DNA of 64,000 nt from Octopus vulgaris (lineage: Eukaryota): positions 13,082,001 through 13,146,000 of the forward strand of contig OX597820.1 of assembly GCA_951406725.2 (NCBI GenBank). The letters run 5' to 3'. Every line of letters begins with the position of its first letter. The first letter of the stretch is position 1. Made by a program: the position numbers and the translations under genes. Under the pieces are notes generated by a model that did not search any database, was not told where the DNA came from, and worked only from the letters and a program-made list of their open reading frames with translations. Below, in pieces: positions 43,078 through 56,459 of this stretch.

Positions 43078-43085
<8 letters not shown>
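42563..43085 (-). mobile_element. Retrozyme-like element: 365-nt unit in 1.4 tandem copies (158-bp direct repeats 42563-42720 and 42928-43085)
   Basis: Near-perfect direct repeat with period 365; non-coding; many local hairpins; central hammerhead fold; sits between TA-rich and (GATA)n microsatellites. Confidence 0.75.
42796..42837 (-). ncRNA. Type I hammerhead ribozyme fold with variant core
   Basis: GCUACA-UUGACAU-GGGG(CAAUA)CCCC-GAAA-CGCG-UC-UGUAGC: 6-bp stem I, 4-bp stem II, palindromic ACGCGU stem III, GUC triplet. Confidence 0.72.
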
Positions 43086-43147
<62 letters not shown>

Positions 43148-43149
<2 letters not shown>

Positions 43150-43542
43150 GCGTAGGAATGGCCGTGTGGTAAGTAACTTGCTTACCAACCACATGGTTCT
43201 GGGTTCAGTCTCACTGCGTGGCACCTTGGGCAAGTGTCTTCTACTGTAGCCTCGGGCCGACCAAAGTGAATTTTGTAGACGGAAACTGAAAGAAGCCCGT
43301 CGTATATATGTATACATGTGCGTGTGTGTATATGCTTATGTGCCTGTTTTTGTCCCCTCAACATCGCTTGACAACAGATGGGGGTGGGTTTACGTCCCCG
43401 TAACTTAGCGTTTCGGCAAAAGAGACCGATAGAATAAGTACTAGGCTCACAAAGAATAAGTCCTGGGGTCGATTAGCTCGACTAAAGGCGGTGCTCCGGC
43501 ATGGCCAAAGTCAAAATGACTGAAATAAGTAAAAGAGTGAAA
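43148..43542 (+). mobile_element. SINE A, near full length
   Basis: Family A head, core and tail. Confidence 0.92.
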
Positions 43543-43548
43543 ACATAG

Positions 43549-43588
<40 letters not shown>

Positions 43589-43833
43589 GTATATCTCTAC
43601 TATGCGTATATGTATATAAGTATATTCATGGCCATCAAGCCTAGCCCTGTTTATCTGCATCATTATCTCCATACCATCACAACTAGATTTTTCTTATAGC
43701 CGCTGTTTACACCGAGGACCTCGTCCTCAATAAAGTCTTCACTATTTAGGGTCAAATCATGTGAGCACTACTACGTGTTTTCTATATTGAGCATCTCTAG
43801 CTCCTATCATTTGACTGTATATATACATATGCA

Positions 43834-43867
<34 letters not shown>

Positions 43868-44336
43868 TGTGCGTATACACATATATGTATGCCTCTTACT
43901 GCGCCTAGGGTTAAGATAGTGCTATGTGGTGTTGCTCTTATTTCTAGTAATACCGTCTGTCAATAAATTTGCCTTTAGGTTAAATTGTTAATAAGCCACA
44001 CATATTTTTTTATATAGTTTTCACTTCTACCCTTTTTGAAATCAGCACATGTTTACAGAGGTTTTTTTTTTATAAGTCGAGGAGGTGAGTTGACCTTAAC
44101 CCTAGGCGGAGTAAGAGCCACTGACGAGAATTAAGATGTTCTGCATCAAAATTCGAAGTGACTAGTGATATGGCTATGTCTGCAGCCATAGAGAGCTATG
44201 TCTCCCTTGTCAGCTTACTAAGATAGTGCTTTTATGGCTAATGAGTTGTTTTTGACTATTAATTCTAGCAATACTGGCACAATTTTATACCCTCTGTCAT
44301 TTTAGTGACGTCTCTATATACATACATTATATATTT

Positions 44337-44589
44337 TATAAAAGGGCTTAGTAAAATAAATTACTTTGCCGCTTACTGAACTCATTAGAAATAGCAACTA
44401 AAAAACTTTTTTAAAACTATTTCTAATACTTAAAGAAAACCTCTCTCATAAAGGTGAGTTGAGTTGAGCAAACACTTTATGAGAGAGGTTTTTTTAAGTA
44501 TTAGAAATAGTTTTAAAAAGTTTTTTAGCTGCTATTTCTAATGAGTTCAGTAAGCGGCAAAGTAATTTATTTTACTAAGCCCTTTTATA
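44337..44589. repeat. ~115-bp inverted repeat with 21-nt spacer (probable Penelope-like inverted terminal repeat)
   Basis: Arms 44337-44453 and 44475-44589 are near-perfect reverse complements; runs into (TA)n at 44695. Confidence 0.9.
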
Positions 44590-44690
44590 TAATGTAATAA
44601 TTTGAATTCGCCTTAAATGGTCCCTTTGCATACTGAACACTTGGTGAAATTGATTAATAATTAATTAATTTTACCCTCAATTGTTGAAAT

Positions 44691-45402
<712 letters not shown>

Positions 45403-45473
45403 GAGTACAGAAATTCGGGGTGAGTATGATAATAAGCACCTGTATATACCGTTTGGTGGTGTAGGTGGTAGAG

Positions 45474-45815
45474 TAAATTAATCAAAATAAAAACATGATG
45501 CCAAGGATTCAGCGGTACATATGTTTCGGGCCTTTATTAGACGGGTTTATAACAATGCATAATGTATGTCTGTGGCCTACATTGAGAGAAGAACGAGATG
45601 GACGCTTCATTTTTATGCTGTTGCCGCATTATGTCGTACGCGAATGAGAGGATTTGCATCTCCAACCAAGAGTTTTTGATGTAATACAAGTTGTTGTGCG
45701 CGGCTGAAGAAGGCCACAGACATACATTATGCATTGTTATAAATCCGTCTAATAAAGGCCCGAAACATATGTACCGCTGAATCCTTGGCATCATGTTTTT
45801 ATTTTGATTAATTTA
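45474..45815. mobile_element. Penelope-like terminal repeat with inverted partial copy (105-bp arms 45474-45578 and 45711-45815)
   Basis: One visible mismatch between arms; ends in (TA)n; contains a hammerhead. Confidence 0.8.
45700..45777 (+). ncRNA. Minimal type I hammerhead ribozyme with canonical core
   Basis: GCGG-CUGAAGA-aGGCC...GGCCc-GAAA-C-AUAU-G-UA-CCGC: 4-bp stem I, stem II with long insert, palindromic ACAUAUGU, GUA triplet. Confidence 0.8.
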
Positions 45816-46224
45816 TATATATATATATATATATATACATACACACACGCACAGGCGCGTATACGAGTAACTCTAGTTGTCAGATAAAGGTATCTAAAAT
45901 TTAGGAATGAACTACACAAAAATTGTATTCTATGTATAATAAGATCATTTTCTATAGTTATTTACACGGAGATTATTCGAATTAGTAGTGAATATTATTT
46001 CATATATACTTCTAGTAAATTAAAAGAAGTTATCTTGCTTATATATATATTAAAGCTAATTAGAAGAAGATATCATATAGCAACTGTTTACATGATCCTT
46101 CGCTAGGAAGATTTATCATTAGAATCTAAGGAGAAAATTAGTCTAAAACAATGTTTGTGCAAACACGGGAACGGTATATAAAGACAAGACTAATTAGCAG
46201 TAATTAGCGCATAATAACCAGCCA

Positions 46225-46417
46225 CACCAACACACACATTAATATACTCACACACATGATTAGATATGTAAATATATATATATGTATACATTTATACACC
46301 TCTATACGTATAGATACACACACATACACACACACACATATATATATATAGACACGATTAGATATGTAAATATATATATGTATATATTTATATACATGTA
46401 TACGTATAGATTCATAC

Positions 46418-46457
<40 letters not shown>

Positions 46458-46472
46458 ATATGTATGTATGTA

Positions 46473-46526
<54 letters not shown>

Positions 46527-46670
46527 TATATATATATATTTATATCAATATACATACATATAACATCTGTGTGTATGCATGTCTCTGAATATTATGTGTT
46601 GTATGTCATAATATATAGATACATATAATACACACACATATATATTTCAAAATTACATACAACAAAATAC

Positions 46671-46702
<32 letters not shown>

Positions 46703-46849
46703 CTATATATGCATGTATGTATACATAAACACTTGTGTGTATATGTGTGTGTGCCTCATAATTTCTATGTCATTTCATTACACAATTGTATACACACTAT
46801 ATGTTTCATGTTTAACAGACTGAAAGAACATGTATACATATACATATAC

Positions 46850-46897
<48 letters not shown>

Positions 46898-47077
46898 GCA
46901 CACACATAGAAATACATACATATAGTATATTATTATATAAATATGTGTACGTATATATATATATATATATATATACTTATACACACACTCATATATGTAT
47001 ATATATATATATGGATGTGTGTGTCTGTGTATGTATATGTATGTGAATGTGTCATTGTGTGCTTGTGTGTGTGTGTG

Positions 47078-47133
<56 letters not shown>

Positions 47134-47515
47134 AGCTCCGAGCAAATATGTAAGCAGGTGGGTGTACTCATGAACGCACCAGTATTTATTCGTATTGGAT
47201 TTTACATAAACCACCACCGCACATTACTGCTCCTCTCACCACCACTCTATCATAAGTTAAATAAACGGTAATACCTCTCACGTTTCCTGCAACTACACGA
47301 GGATTATTTTCTTAATCTTAACGGAAGGATTTTGTGCAATGTCTTATGACATTGCTGCCTTGCCTACGAAGCAACCTGTCAAAACAAACTGCATTATTCG
47401 GATATATTACACTTCAGAAACTATCAATAACCACTGTTTTACACTCACTTGCCTCTCTAATCTCCCGACGTATTTCTATTTGCGTTAAACCGTATTAAAA
47501 TACTAATTACATACG

Positions 47516-47558
<43 letters not shown>

Positions 47559-47604
47559 ATCTGTATTTATATATATATAGAGAGAGAGAAATATATATAT
47601 ATAC

Positions 47605-47683
<79 letters not shown>

Positions 47684-47730
47684 CATATGCGTTTATATGC
47701 ATATATATGTGTGTGTGTGTGTGTGTGAAC
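46225..47730. repeat. Extended (TA)/(CA)/(TG) low-complexity region
   Basis: Mostly dinucleotide repeats with one unique interruption at about 47130-47510. Confidence 0.88.
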
Positions 47731-47940
47731 TATATGCATATTTGTATGCAAGTATAAATGCAGATGAATTTCTGATACATCCTCGATTATATTTGCGTGC
47801 ATGTGCACTCGCTATTTATATGCGATCATGTGTATACATGCATGTTAACTAGTTGTCTATCGCTTTATCTGTCTGTCTATTTGTCTGTCTGTCTGTCTGA
47901 CTCTGTCTCTCTCTTCAAGATATATATATATATATGTATA

Positions 47941-48515
47941 TATAAAGTGCGCTGTGATTAAATTGTTTTCTAAATTACACAAAAATGAAAATAACTCTGC
48001 CATCTCTTTTTAACAGATATATTTACCATAAGTACATTGAAATATCTTCAAATACTAAGGAGTAAATTGGTTCAATAAATTCGCCATTGGCTTCAACTAC
48101 GGCTTCAACACGACTTTAGAATTTCCTGAAAATCTTCTGGACGGTGTCCTTCTTTAAATAGGTGAATGCAGCCATAATCCTTGCTTTCAGTTCATTTTTG
48201 GGTATTACAAGGAGATTTGTTGGTCTCTTGCTAAATTTGCGCCACACATAATAATCAAGGGGGTTGCAGGGTGGGGATTTAGGTGGCCAGATGTTAGGGG
48301 TGGTGTGATCACAGAAAGTGTCTCACAGCCATGACTGGGTTTTCCTGCATGTGTGGCATGGTGCAGAGTCCTGTTCCCAGAAATAAGGTGTAAGCCTCCA
48401 TGTTGTGTGTAAGACTGTGTAGGTAGCCGAATGGAGGCATAACGTCGTCATCACTAGCGATCAATCCAAACACCATGATGACGACTGGATGTCTGATTTT
48501 TATCACTCTCGGTAA
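47941..48515 (-). mobile_element. 3' half of a decayed DD37D/maT transposon
   Basis: Minus strand: VFGLIASDDDVMPP, HFCDHTTPNIWPPKSPPCNPLDYYVW; homologous to 58320-58938 including the terminal region. Confidence 0.88.
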
Positions 48516-48614
48516 ATATCCTCAGATTGCGCTGTCCTTAGATTTACACCCAAACAAACACTCTGAAATGTTCGTATTAGAGCTGGCTTGAATAGGTAAC
48601 ACGACTCTTTGATA

Positions 48615-48995
48615 TCGGGGAAGCGGGTGTTAATCGATTACATCGACCCCAATGTTCGACTGGTAGTCATTTTATCGAGATTATAAAAAGCAAAATCAAT
48701 CATGGCGGAATTCGGGATCAGAAAGTAAAGACGGACGAAATGCCGCAAAGCATTTTGTCCGGCGTGTTATCGGTTTGGCTGCCTTCTAGTATCCTATATA
48801 TTGTTCTTTTATACTTTCATTTGTTTCAGTCATTTCCCTGCGGCCATGCAGGAGCACCTCCTTTTAGTCGAACAAATGGACCCCAGGACCTATTCTTTGT
48901 AAGCCTAGTACTCACTCCATCGTTCGATTTAGCTGAATCGCTAAGTTACGGGGACGTAAACATACAAGCATCTGTTGTCAATCGATGTTGGCGGG
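48615..48995 (-). repeat. SINE B + spacer + SINE A 3' part; inverted duplicate of 51943-52320
   Basis: Same junction and unique spacer gtatcctatatattgttcttttatactttc in opposite orientation. Confidence 0.9.
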
Positions 48996-49287
48996 CAATG
49001 ATGAAGGAAGAGGAGCATTTAACAGCGCCACCAACTGCAATGAGTGACGTGTGATATCCCTGACGATCTCCAATGTAAAAGAAGTCGAAAGAATTATATA
49101 GCAACCATCAACGAGGAGTATGACAGCCGAAGGTTGAAAGGGAGCTCCTCAAGAACCTATTCACTTCCCAATGTCTTGTCACGCCGCCTCGAATTTGTGG
49201 GACTACTCAACAAGGCCCAGAAGAGGAAAACAGTCTGCAAGCTACAGGATGACCAGGTATGGCTATGTTTCCTATGTGCATAATGGG

Positions 49288-49328
49288 GATGATGATGATC
49301 AGCATCATCAACATAGTGGTAACTGTGG

Positions 49329-49377
<49 letters not shown>

Positions 49378-49398
49378 GACGATGATGAAGACGACGAC

Positions 49399-49438
<40 letters not shown>

Positions 49439-49569
49439 TTCATGATGATGATGTTCATGATGATGAAGACGATGATGATGATGTTCATGATGATGATGAT
49501 GATGATGATGATGTTGATGACGATGATGAAGATGATGATGAAGACGATGATGAAGACGACGACGACGAC

Positions 49570-49621
<52 letters not shown>

Positions 49622-49749
49622 TTCATGATGATGATGTTCATGATGATGAAGACGATGATGATGATGTTCATGATGATGATGATGATGATGATGTTGATAA
49701 AGATGATGATGACGATGATGAAGATGATGATGAAGACGATGATGAAGAC

Positions 49750-49798
<49 letters not shown>

Positions 49799-49878
49799 TT
49801 CATGATGATGAAGACGATGATGATGATGTTCATGATGATGATGATGAAGATGATGATGATGATGATGATGATGATGAT
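49288..49878. repeat. (GAT)n array with GTT-CAT and GAA-GAC variants, higher-order period ~180 bp
   Basis: Motif gttcatgatgatgatgttcatgatgatgaagac at 49438 and 49621. Confidence 0.95.
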
Positions 49879-50174
49879 AATTTGCGTAACTTCGCTTCGA
49901 GTCATATGAGTAGATGAAGTCACAGAGGCTTTGTGCCGTTGCAAAGCGCCATAGATTAGCTAGCACTTGCCTAATCAACAGAACAGAAAGCCAAACGCTT
50001 CAAATCCCATGATGCAACCTAACATGTCGATTATGTCACATTTCATAGAATGATATGACCTATGACCTTGGGAACTGCTCACTAATGCCATCGTTGCTTT
50101 GATGTTCTTGCTACTGGTTTATATAATTCCAGCAGACGTGTGAAGGATTGGCCTCATTATAATATAATATAATG

Positions 50175-50218
<44 letters not shown>

Positions 50219-50364
50219 ATATAATGTAATGTAATATATATATATATATAATATAATATATCGTATGATATAATATTGCATAACAATTATATATATATAT
50301 ATATGTATATATGTACATACATACATAAATATGTATGTAGGTATGTGTGTGCGTGTGTGTCTGT

Positions 50365-50560
50365 GTGGAGGCGCAATGGCTCAGTGGTTAGCGCAGCGGA
50401 CTCGCGGTCGTACGATCACGTTTTCGATTCCCAGACCGGGCGTTGTGTGTGTTTATTGAGCGAAAACGCCTGAGGTTCCACGTGGCTCCGTCAAGGGATT
50501 GTTGGGAAGTCTGCTGGGCTCTTTCACTACGACTTCCTCTCACTCTTCCTTCCTTTTTCC
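50365..50560 (+). mobile_element. SINE C 5' half
   Basis: gtggaggcgcaatggctcagtggttagcgcagcggactcgcgg...ttcgattcccagaccgggcg. Confidence 0.88.
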
Positions 50561-50659
50561 ATTGTACTTTCAACATTTCAGCTAGAAAGCAAATCTAACT
50601 AGTTTCGGTGTTTATTAGCGGTGACCAGAGACTTGCTAATGCTTTCACATGTACAGAGA

Positions 50660-51040
50660 GTAGAGTAGATCAGTGTATGAAAGTTTGATTAAGAAGTCTC
50701 ACCTTACAATCACTTAGTTTAAATTTCAGTCGCACTGCGCGGCAACATGTGTAAGCGTCTTCTGCTATAGTTCAATGCCCTGAAGCTATAAAACACCCTT
50801 CACACACACACACACAGACACACATACGTGTGGAGGGGAGGACCTTGGATGGGCTTGCCCCCAAAACATATGTTCCTTTTTTCACAGCTTCATAACTTAG
50901 CGTTCCTGCAAAAATGATACTAGAGTAAGTACCAGATTTAAATATGTACTTGTACCTCTTTGTTCGGCTAAACCCTTCAAGGCAGTGCCCCAGTATGGTC
51001 GTAATCCAATGAATGAATGGAAACTAGTAAGAATATTAAA
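50660..51040 (+). mobile_element. Degenerate SINE A
   Basis: cagtcgcactgcgcggcaac; taacttagcgtt; ggcagtgccccagtatgg. Confidence 0.65.
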
Positions 51041-51449
51041 GAGAGCAGAGGATGCACAAACTCCGACAAAGCTAAACTATTCTTGAAAATTTCGTAACAG
51101 TGAAATGCATTAATTTATGCTAATTAAATGTTCAGACATACAGAAATGTAAAATAAGCCTTACATATGTTTCTTTTGAGTAAACAAACATTCTCGCATCA
51201 CTTTAGCAAATAAAAAGAAAACTATGCTTAAACCATCTGTTTATTTATATTAACAATCTCTCGTAGTGTTTCTATTAATTCAGTCATTTATACAGTAATT
51301 TAAGCAAACCCACTGAGTTTTTTTCTGATTTTCTTTTTCTCAAATAGATATAATCTCTTAGATTCTCAGCAGCCATTTACTGACAAACAAGTAACACACA
51401 CCAAAACAACAAAGATCGTTGTGAAATATATCTAAACATTAGGCAATAT

Positions 51450-51606
51450 AGGCGCAGGAGTGGCTGTGTGGTAAGTCGCTTCTTTACCAACCACTTGGTT
51501 CCGGGTTCAGTCCCACTGCGTGGCATTTTGGGCAAGTGTCTTCTACTATGGCCTTGGGCCGACCAAAGCCATATGAGTGAATTTGGTAGATGAAAAGAAG
51601 TCCGTA

Positions 51607-51703
<97 letters not shown>

Positions 51704-51882
51704 TGTAGGCCCAGGAGTAGTTCTGTGGTAAGTAGCTTGTTTACCAACCACATAGTTCCCGGTTCAGTCCCACTGCGTGGCACCTTGGGCAAGTGTCTTT
51801 TACCATAGCCTCGGGCTGACCAAAGCCGTGTGAGTGGATTTGGTAGACGGAAACTGAAAACAGCCCGTCGTTTATATAGATA

Positions 51883-51913
<31 letters not shown>

Positions 51914-52125
51914 GTGTGTGTTTGTGTGTATTTTGTGTTTGTCGCCCCAACATCGATTGACAACAGATACTTGTGTGTTTACGTCCCCGTAACTTAGCGG
52001 TTCAGCTAAATCAACCGATAGAGTGAGTACTAGGCTTACAATGAATACTAGGCTTACATTTGCTCGACTAAAAGGCGGTGTTCCAGTATAGCCACAGTGA
52101 AATGACTGAAACAAATGAAAGTATA
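51450..52125 (+). mobile_element. SINE A head (51450-51607) + (TA)n + second full SINE A (51707-52125)
   Basis: Two consecutive family A heads and one tail. Confidence 0.9.
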
Positions 52126-52149
52126 AAAGAACAATATATAGGATACGAG

Positions 52150-52350
52150 AAGGCAGCAAAACCGATAACACGCCGGACAAAATGCTTAGCGGCATTTCGT
52201 CCGACTTTACTTTCTTATCCCGAATTCCGCCATGATTGATTTTGCTTTTTATAATCTCGATAAAATTACTACCAGTCGAACATTGGGGTCGATGTAATCG
52301 ATTTACACCCGCTTCCCCGAAATTTCAATTTTTGTACCAAAATTTGAAAT
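52150..52350 (+). mobile_element. Diverged SINE B
   Basis: acacgccggacaaaatgcttagcggcatttcgtccg...ggggtcgatgtaatcga. Confidence 0.8.
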
Positions 52351-52658
52351 CAATGTATAGAATACCAGAGATATAAATGAAATAACTCGAAGAAAGAACG
52401 GTTCCAAAGTTTGGCTTCGATCCAACAATCTTAGAGGGAATGAGTGAGTGTATTACATTAGCCTCCCCCCCACCACCACCGTTCTTGACTGGTATTTTTT
52501 TATCGATTCTGAAAGAATGGAAGATTAAGATGACCGTGACAATATCTGATTTCTCAACGTAAGGTCAGAAGAACGTAAAGCTGCTTCATCAGTCTCACCG
52601 ACTCTTACAGAGAAAAATAAAGAACTATTAAATATGCACGTCATTATTAAAGAGTCGT

Positions 52659-53461
52659 TTGAGAGGCAGTGAGGTGGCAGAAACGTTAGCACGCCGTGCG
52701 AAATGCTTAGTGGTAGTTCGTCTGCCGTTACGTTCTAAGTTCAAATTCCGCCGAGGTCGACTTTGCCTTCATCCTTTCGGGGCGATAAATTACGTACCAG
52801 TTACGCACTGGGGTCGATTAATCGACTTACTACGTTTGTCTGTCCTTGTTTGTCCCCTCTGTGTTTAGCCTCTTGTGGGTAGTAAAGAAATAGGTATTTC
52901 GTCTGCCGCTACATTCTGAGTTCAAATTCTGCCGAGGTCGACTTTGCCATCATCCTTTCGGGGCGATAAATTACGTACCAGTTACGCACTGGGGTCGATT
53001 AATCGACTTACTACGTTTGTCTGTCCTTGTTTGTCCCCTCTGTGTTTAGCCTCTTGTGGGTAGTAAAGAAATAGGTATTTCGTCTGCCGCTACGTTCTGA
53101 GTTCAAATTCTGCCGAGGTCGACTTTGCCTTTCATCCTTTCGGGGTCGATTAAATAAGTAACAGTCGCGCACTGGGCTCTATGTAATCGACTTAATCCCT
53201 TTGTCTGTCCTTGTTTGTCCCCTCTATGTTTAGTCCCTTGTGGGTAATAAAGAAATAAGAAATAAGAATCGGTAGCACGTAGGAGGAAACGCTTAGAGGT
53301 CTTTCGCCCGTCGTAACGTTCTGAGTTCAAATTCCGCCGAGGTCGACTTTGTCTTTCATGCTTTCGATGTCGATGAAATAAATACCAGTTGAACCCTGGA
53401 ATTAATGTAATCGACGTACCCTCGATCCCAAACCTGCTGGCCTTGTGCCAAAATTTGAATC
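52659..53461 (+). mobile_element. SINE B tetramer within a single 17-bp TSD
   Basis: Four core copies (181-bp period for the near-identical ones), flanked by cattattaaagagtcgt at 52642-52658 and 53462-53478. Confidence 0.92.
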
Positions 53462-53864
53462 CATTATTAAAGAGTCGTGTTACCATTAAATGATCTTACG
53501 ATAAGTTATATCTCCAGCAGCAAGAAACAGCCATAAGATTTCCTACGTTTCGTTCAACAATACGCATAACACCTAGAAATCGAATGCTTCAACTTCGTCA
53601 TATGGATACTGTTTGCTATGATTTCGTTGGCTTTGAGGCAAACTTATTCTTTAAAAAAATTATCAGTATTATTAGATTAAAAAAATAAATTTTCTTTAAT
53701 TATCAGTGATAGTGTATAACGAAAACCTATTATGATACATAACACAAGTGCGTTGAATTAAATAGCTTTAGTCTCTGATATTACCTTCCCGCAGCTAATC
53801 TGTAAGACTACTAGAATTAATATATTTCGTTAGCTACTGGCTGACAGTGTTTAAACTATAGAAA

Positions 53865-54155
53865 TCTTGTTTTTCTTTCCAACCTATCCGAGTTCTTGTT
53901 CCATGGCTCTTACAAGAAGAAAACATTAATGAAGTTAAAACAAAGAAAATCATTTCTATTACATTATTAGCTTTATATTCTGGGGGTGGCTTGGGGGGGG
54001 GGGGGTTCTGCCAGAAATTAAGTGCCAGGCATGGCTGAGCATCTGGAATTTTAGCAGATTTGAGTGAACAAAATTACTACCGATCGTCTTGTTTTTCTTT
54101 CCAACCTATCCGAGTTCTTGTTCCATGGCTCTTACAAGAAGAAAACATTAATGAA
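53865..54155. repeat. 69-bp direct repeat (53865-53933, 54087-54155) flanking a 153-bp insert
   Basis: tcttgtttttctttccaacctatccgag...gaaaacattaatgaa occurs twice. Confidence 0.92.
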
Positions 54156-56334
54156 TAACATATTTATACTGAAGACAGTGTAAGAATATATACATTTAAC
54201 AGAGAAGCGAGGGTATCAGGAGAGTAGATAGATAAAGAATAATGAGATTGTACGTTTTAACATCTCTTATAGATGTACAGTAAACGCAATGTTTAAAACT
54301 ATGTAAAAGGATTTGGCGTTTTTTAAATCTGTTTAGAAATTAATAAATATTTATAGCATATTAAAGTTACATTGGACTAAGTTCAAAGAGTTAAGCAAAA
54401 TGAAATCAGCAACAGAAATTATCTCTAAAGGAACTTATATATCCAAGTTAAAATGTTGGCAGTATTAAGATTTCAGTACATAAGAGACAGAGATGTATTA
54501 GAATTTATTTTAGTTTGAATGTTATTCGCTAAAGGCACTCCTTCGTGTGGAATAAGTATTGATTAAATAGATAACCTTACATGATTTATAATCTTTAAAC
54601 ACCTTAAACACTTTGAATAAATTTGATGGAACAAACTTAAAATAGTTACAATGTTTTAAATCACTCATGGCAACGAAATAGTGAAAACGAACATCTTGAG
54701 GTGGGCTAAATGTTTAAATTATACACCACAGGCACTGGATAAAAGAATTTTACACCGTATTAATCACAACAGAATGTACAATGATACCCAAAATAAAAAA
54801 ACATTAGGTCACGACCTGAAACTGCGATAAATCTGAAAATGCTTGATGGAATGGCCTCTAAGCTATTCTGTTAGAGAAATTGTTAGGTACTGAAGTATGT
54901 CACGATGCCTTGGAAGTAATTCTGTTATTCTGCTTTCCTCTACAGAATCTCAAGGAATTCGATCGTATGTAATTCCATTTAATTTCGAAACGTTTCATTG
55001 ATTAGTGAGTTATTTTGGGAATAAATGAGTTGGAATGGATAAGAGATATAAAGCGTAAAGAAGAAAATTATGAAACGAAGGAAAGGAAAGGGAAATAAAA
55101 ACGAAGTTGGGAGTGGGTAGGAGCAGAGATAAAGAGTAGCAAACGAAGCTAAATTAACCTTAATCTTAAGGCAACTGCTGCAACGACCTCTAAACGAATA
55201 TCTTGAATTAGCTGCTGATGTTGATGCTGCTGATGTTGATGCTGCTGTTGTTGCAGATATTCCAGTTATTGTTGCCGTTTGCTATATCCAATCGTATTCT
55301 TATTTTATAGTTTTTTCAATTTTTCTGAAATAGTTTCCAGTTTTCTGTCAGCATTTTTGTTTCCGTTTTTTTTTTTTCCATTTTTTTTTTTCTGCTAATA
55401 GAAAGATTAAGCCAAATTTGGAATTAGTGTAAATCATATGAAAGAAAATGTGTTTACTCTATCGCTTATTTCCAGGCAAAATTAGACGCTATTGTAAAAC
55501 GAGGTGGCGATTTTATTTGTAAATGTGTGCGTTTTGCTTTTCGTTCATTATTTCCCATCGACTTATTTTCTTTTCTTTTAAATTAAAAATAAACTTTACA
55601 GTTGAAACATTTTCTAGAATGTTCTTCACATGAGAAATATTCAAATCTATTTTACCGTTCATGCAATTGATAAATTAAAAAAAAGAAAAAGACATTAATT
55701 TTGAGAAATTTCGGATGAATTGTTGCGGAATAAATATATTGCTAATTGCGAACAACAAAAAACATGAGCGTTATATTTCGTTCATTTTTATAATAATGAT
55801 GTATATTTTTTCATTGTGTCCAAAGGGGTGGAATTAAAATTAAGAAAACAGAATAGATGTCTTAATCAATCTAATTAATAAACATAATTTGTTATATGCT
55901 TTTCCCTTTTTAGTTTATGCGTAACGTAAGAAGGGAAAAATGTTTGTAATATTATCAATTAATTTGGGACAGGATATTTTAATGCACATATGTTGTGGTT
56001 GTGTTTGCTAGTATTATATTTGTATTTTTGCTATTATTTCATTTCGTATAAAAATGATGGAATGGTGAATGTCTACAAAATTGATAAACAGCAGCTGTGC
56101 TACATAATTGCAGGACAAAAACAAAAATAAAAGCAACAAACAAACACATGGTGTATGCCTTTGGGAATAAATATGATGAAATACATTCGCATAAACACAT
56201 TTACGTACAAATGTGCTTCGTATACAGACATACGTATCAATATTGGTCATACATATACACACGGTTATACATATATATTAATATATATGTATATATTTAT
56301 ATACAAACGCATACATAAATACACATACTCATGC

Positions 56335-56459
<125 letters not shown>

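Noticed and set aside
49044-49283. 79-aa ORF MTCDIPDDLQ...
   Set aside because: No ATG start or splice support; faint resemblance to a LINE RT C-terminus only.
52659-53461. Regular repeats resembling a CRISPR array
   Set aside because: 181-bp SINE units without unique spacers; eukaryotic context and no cas genes.
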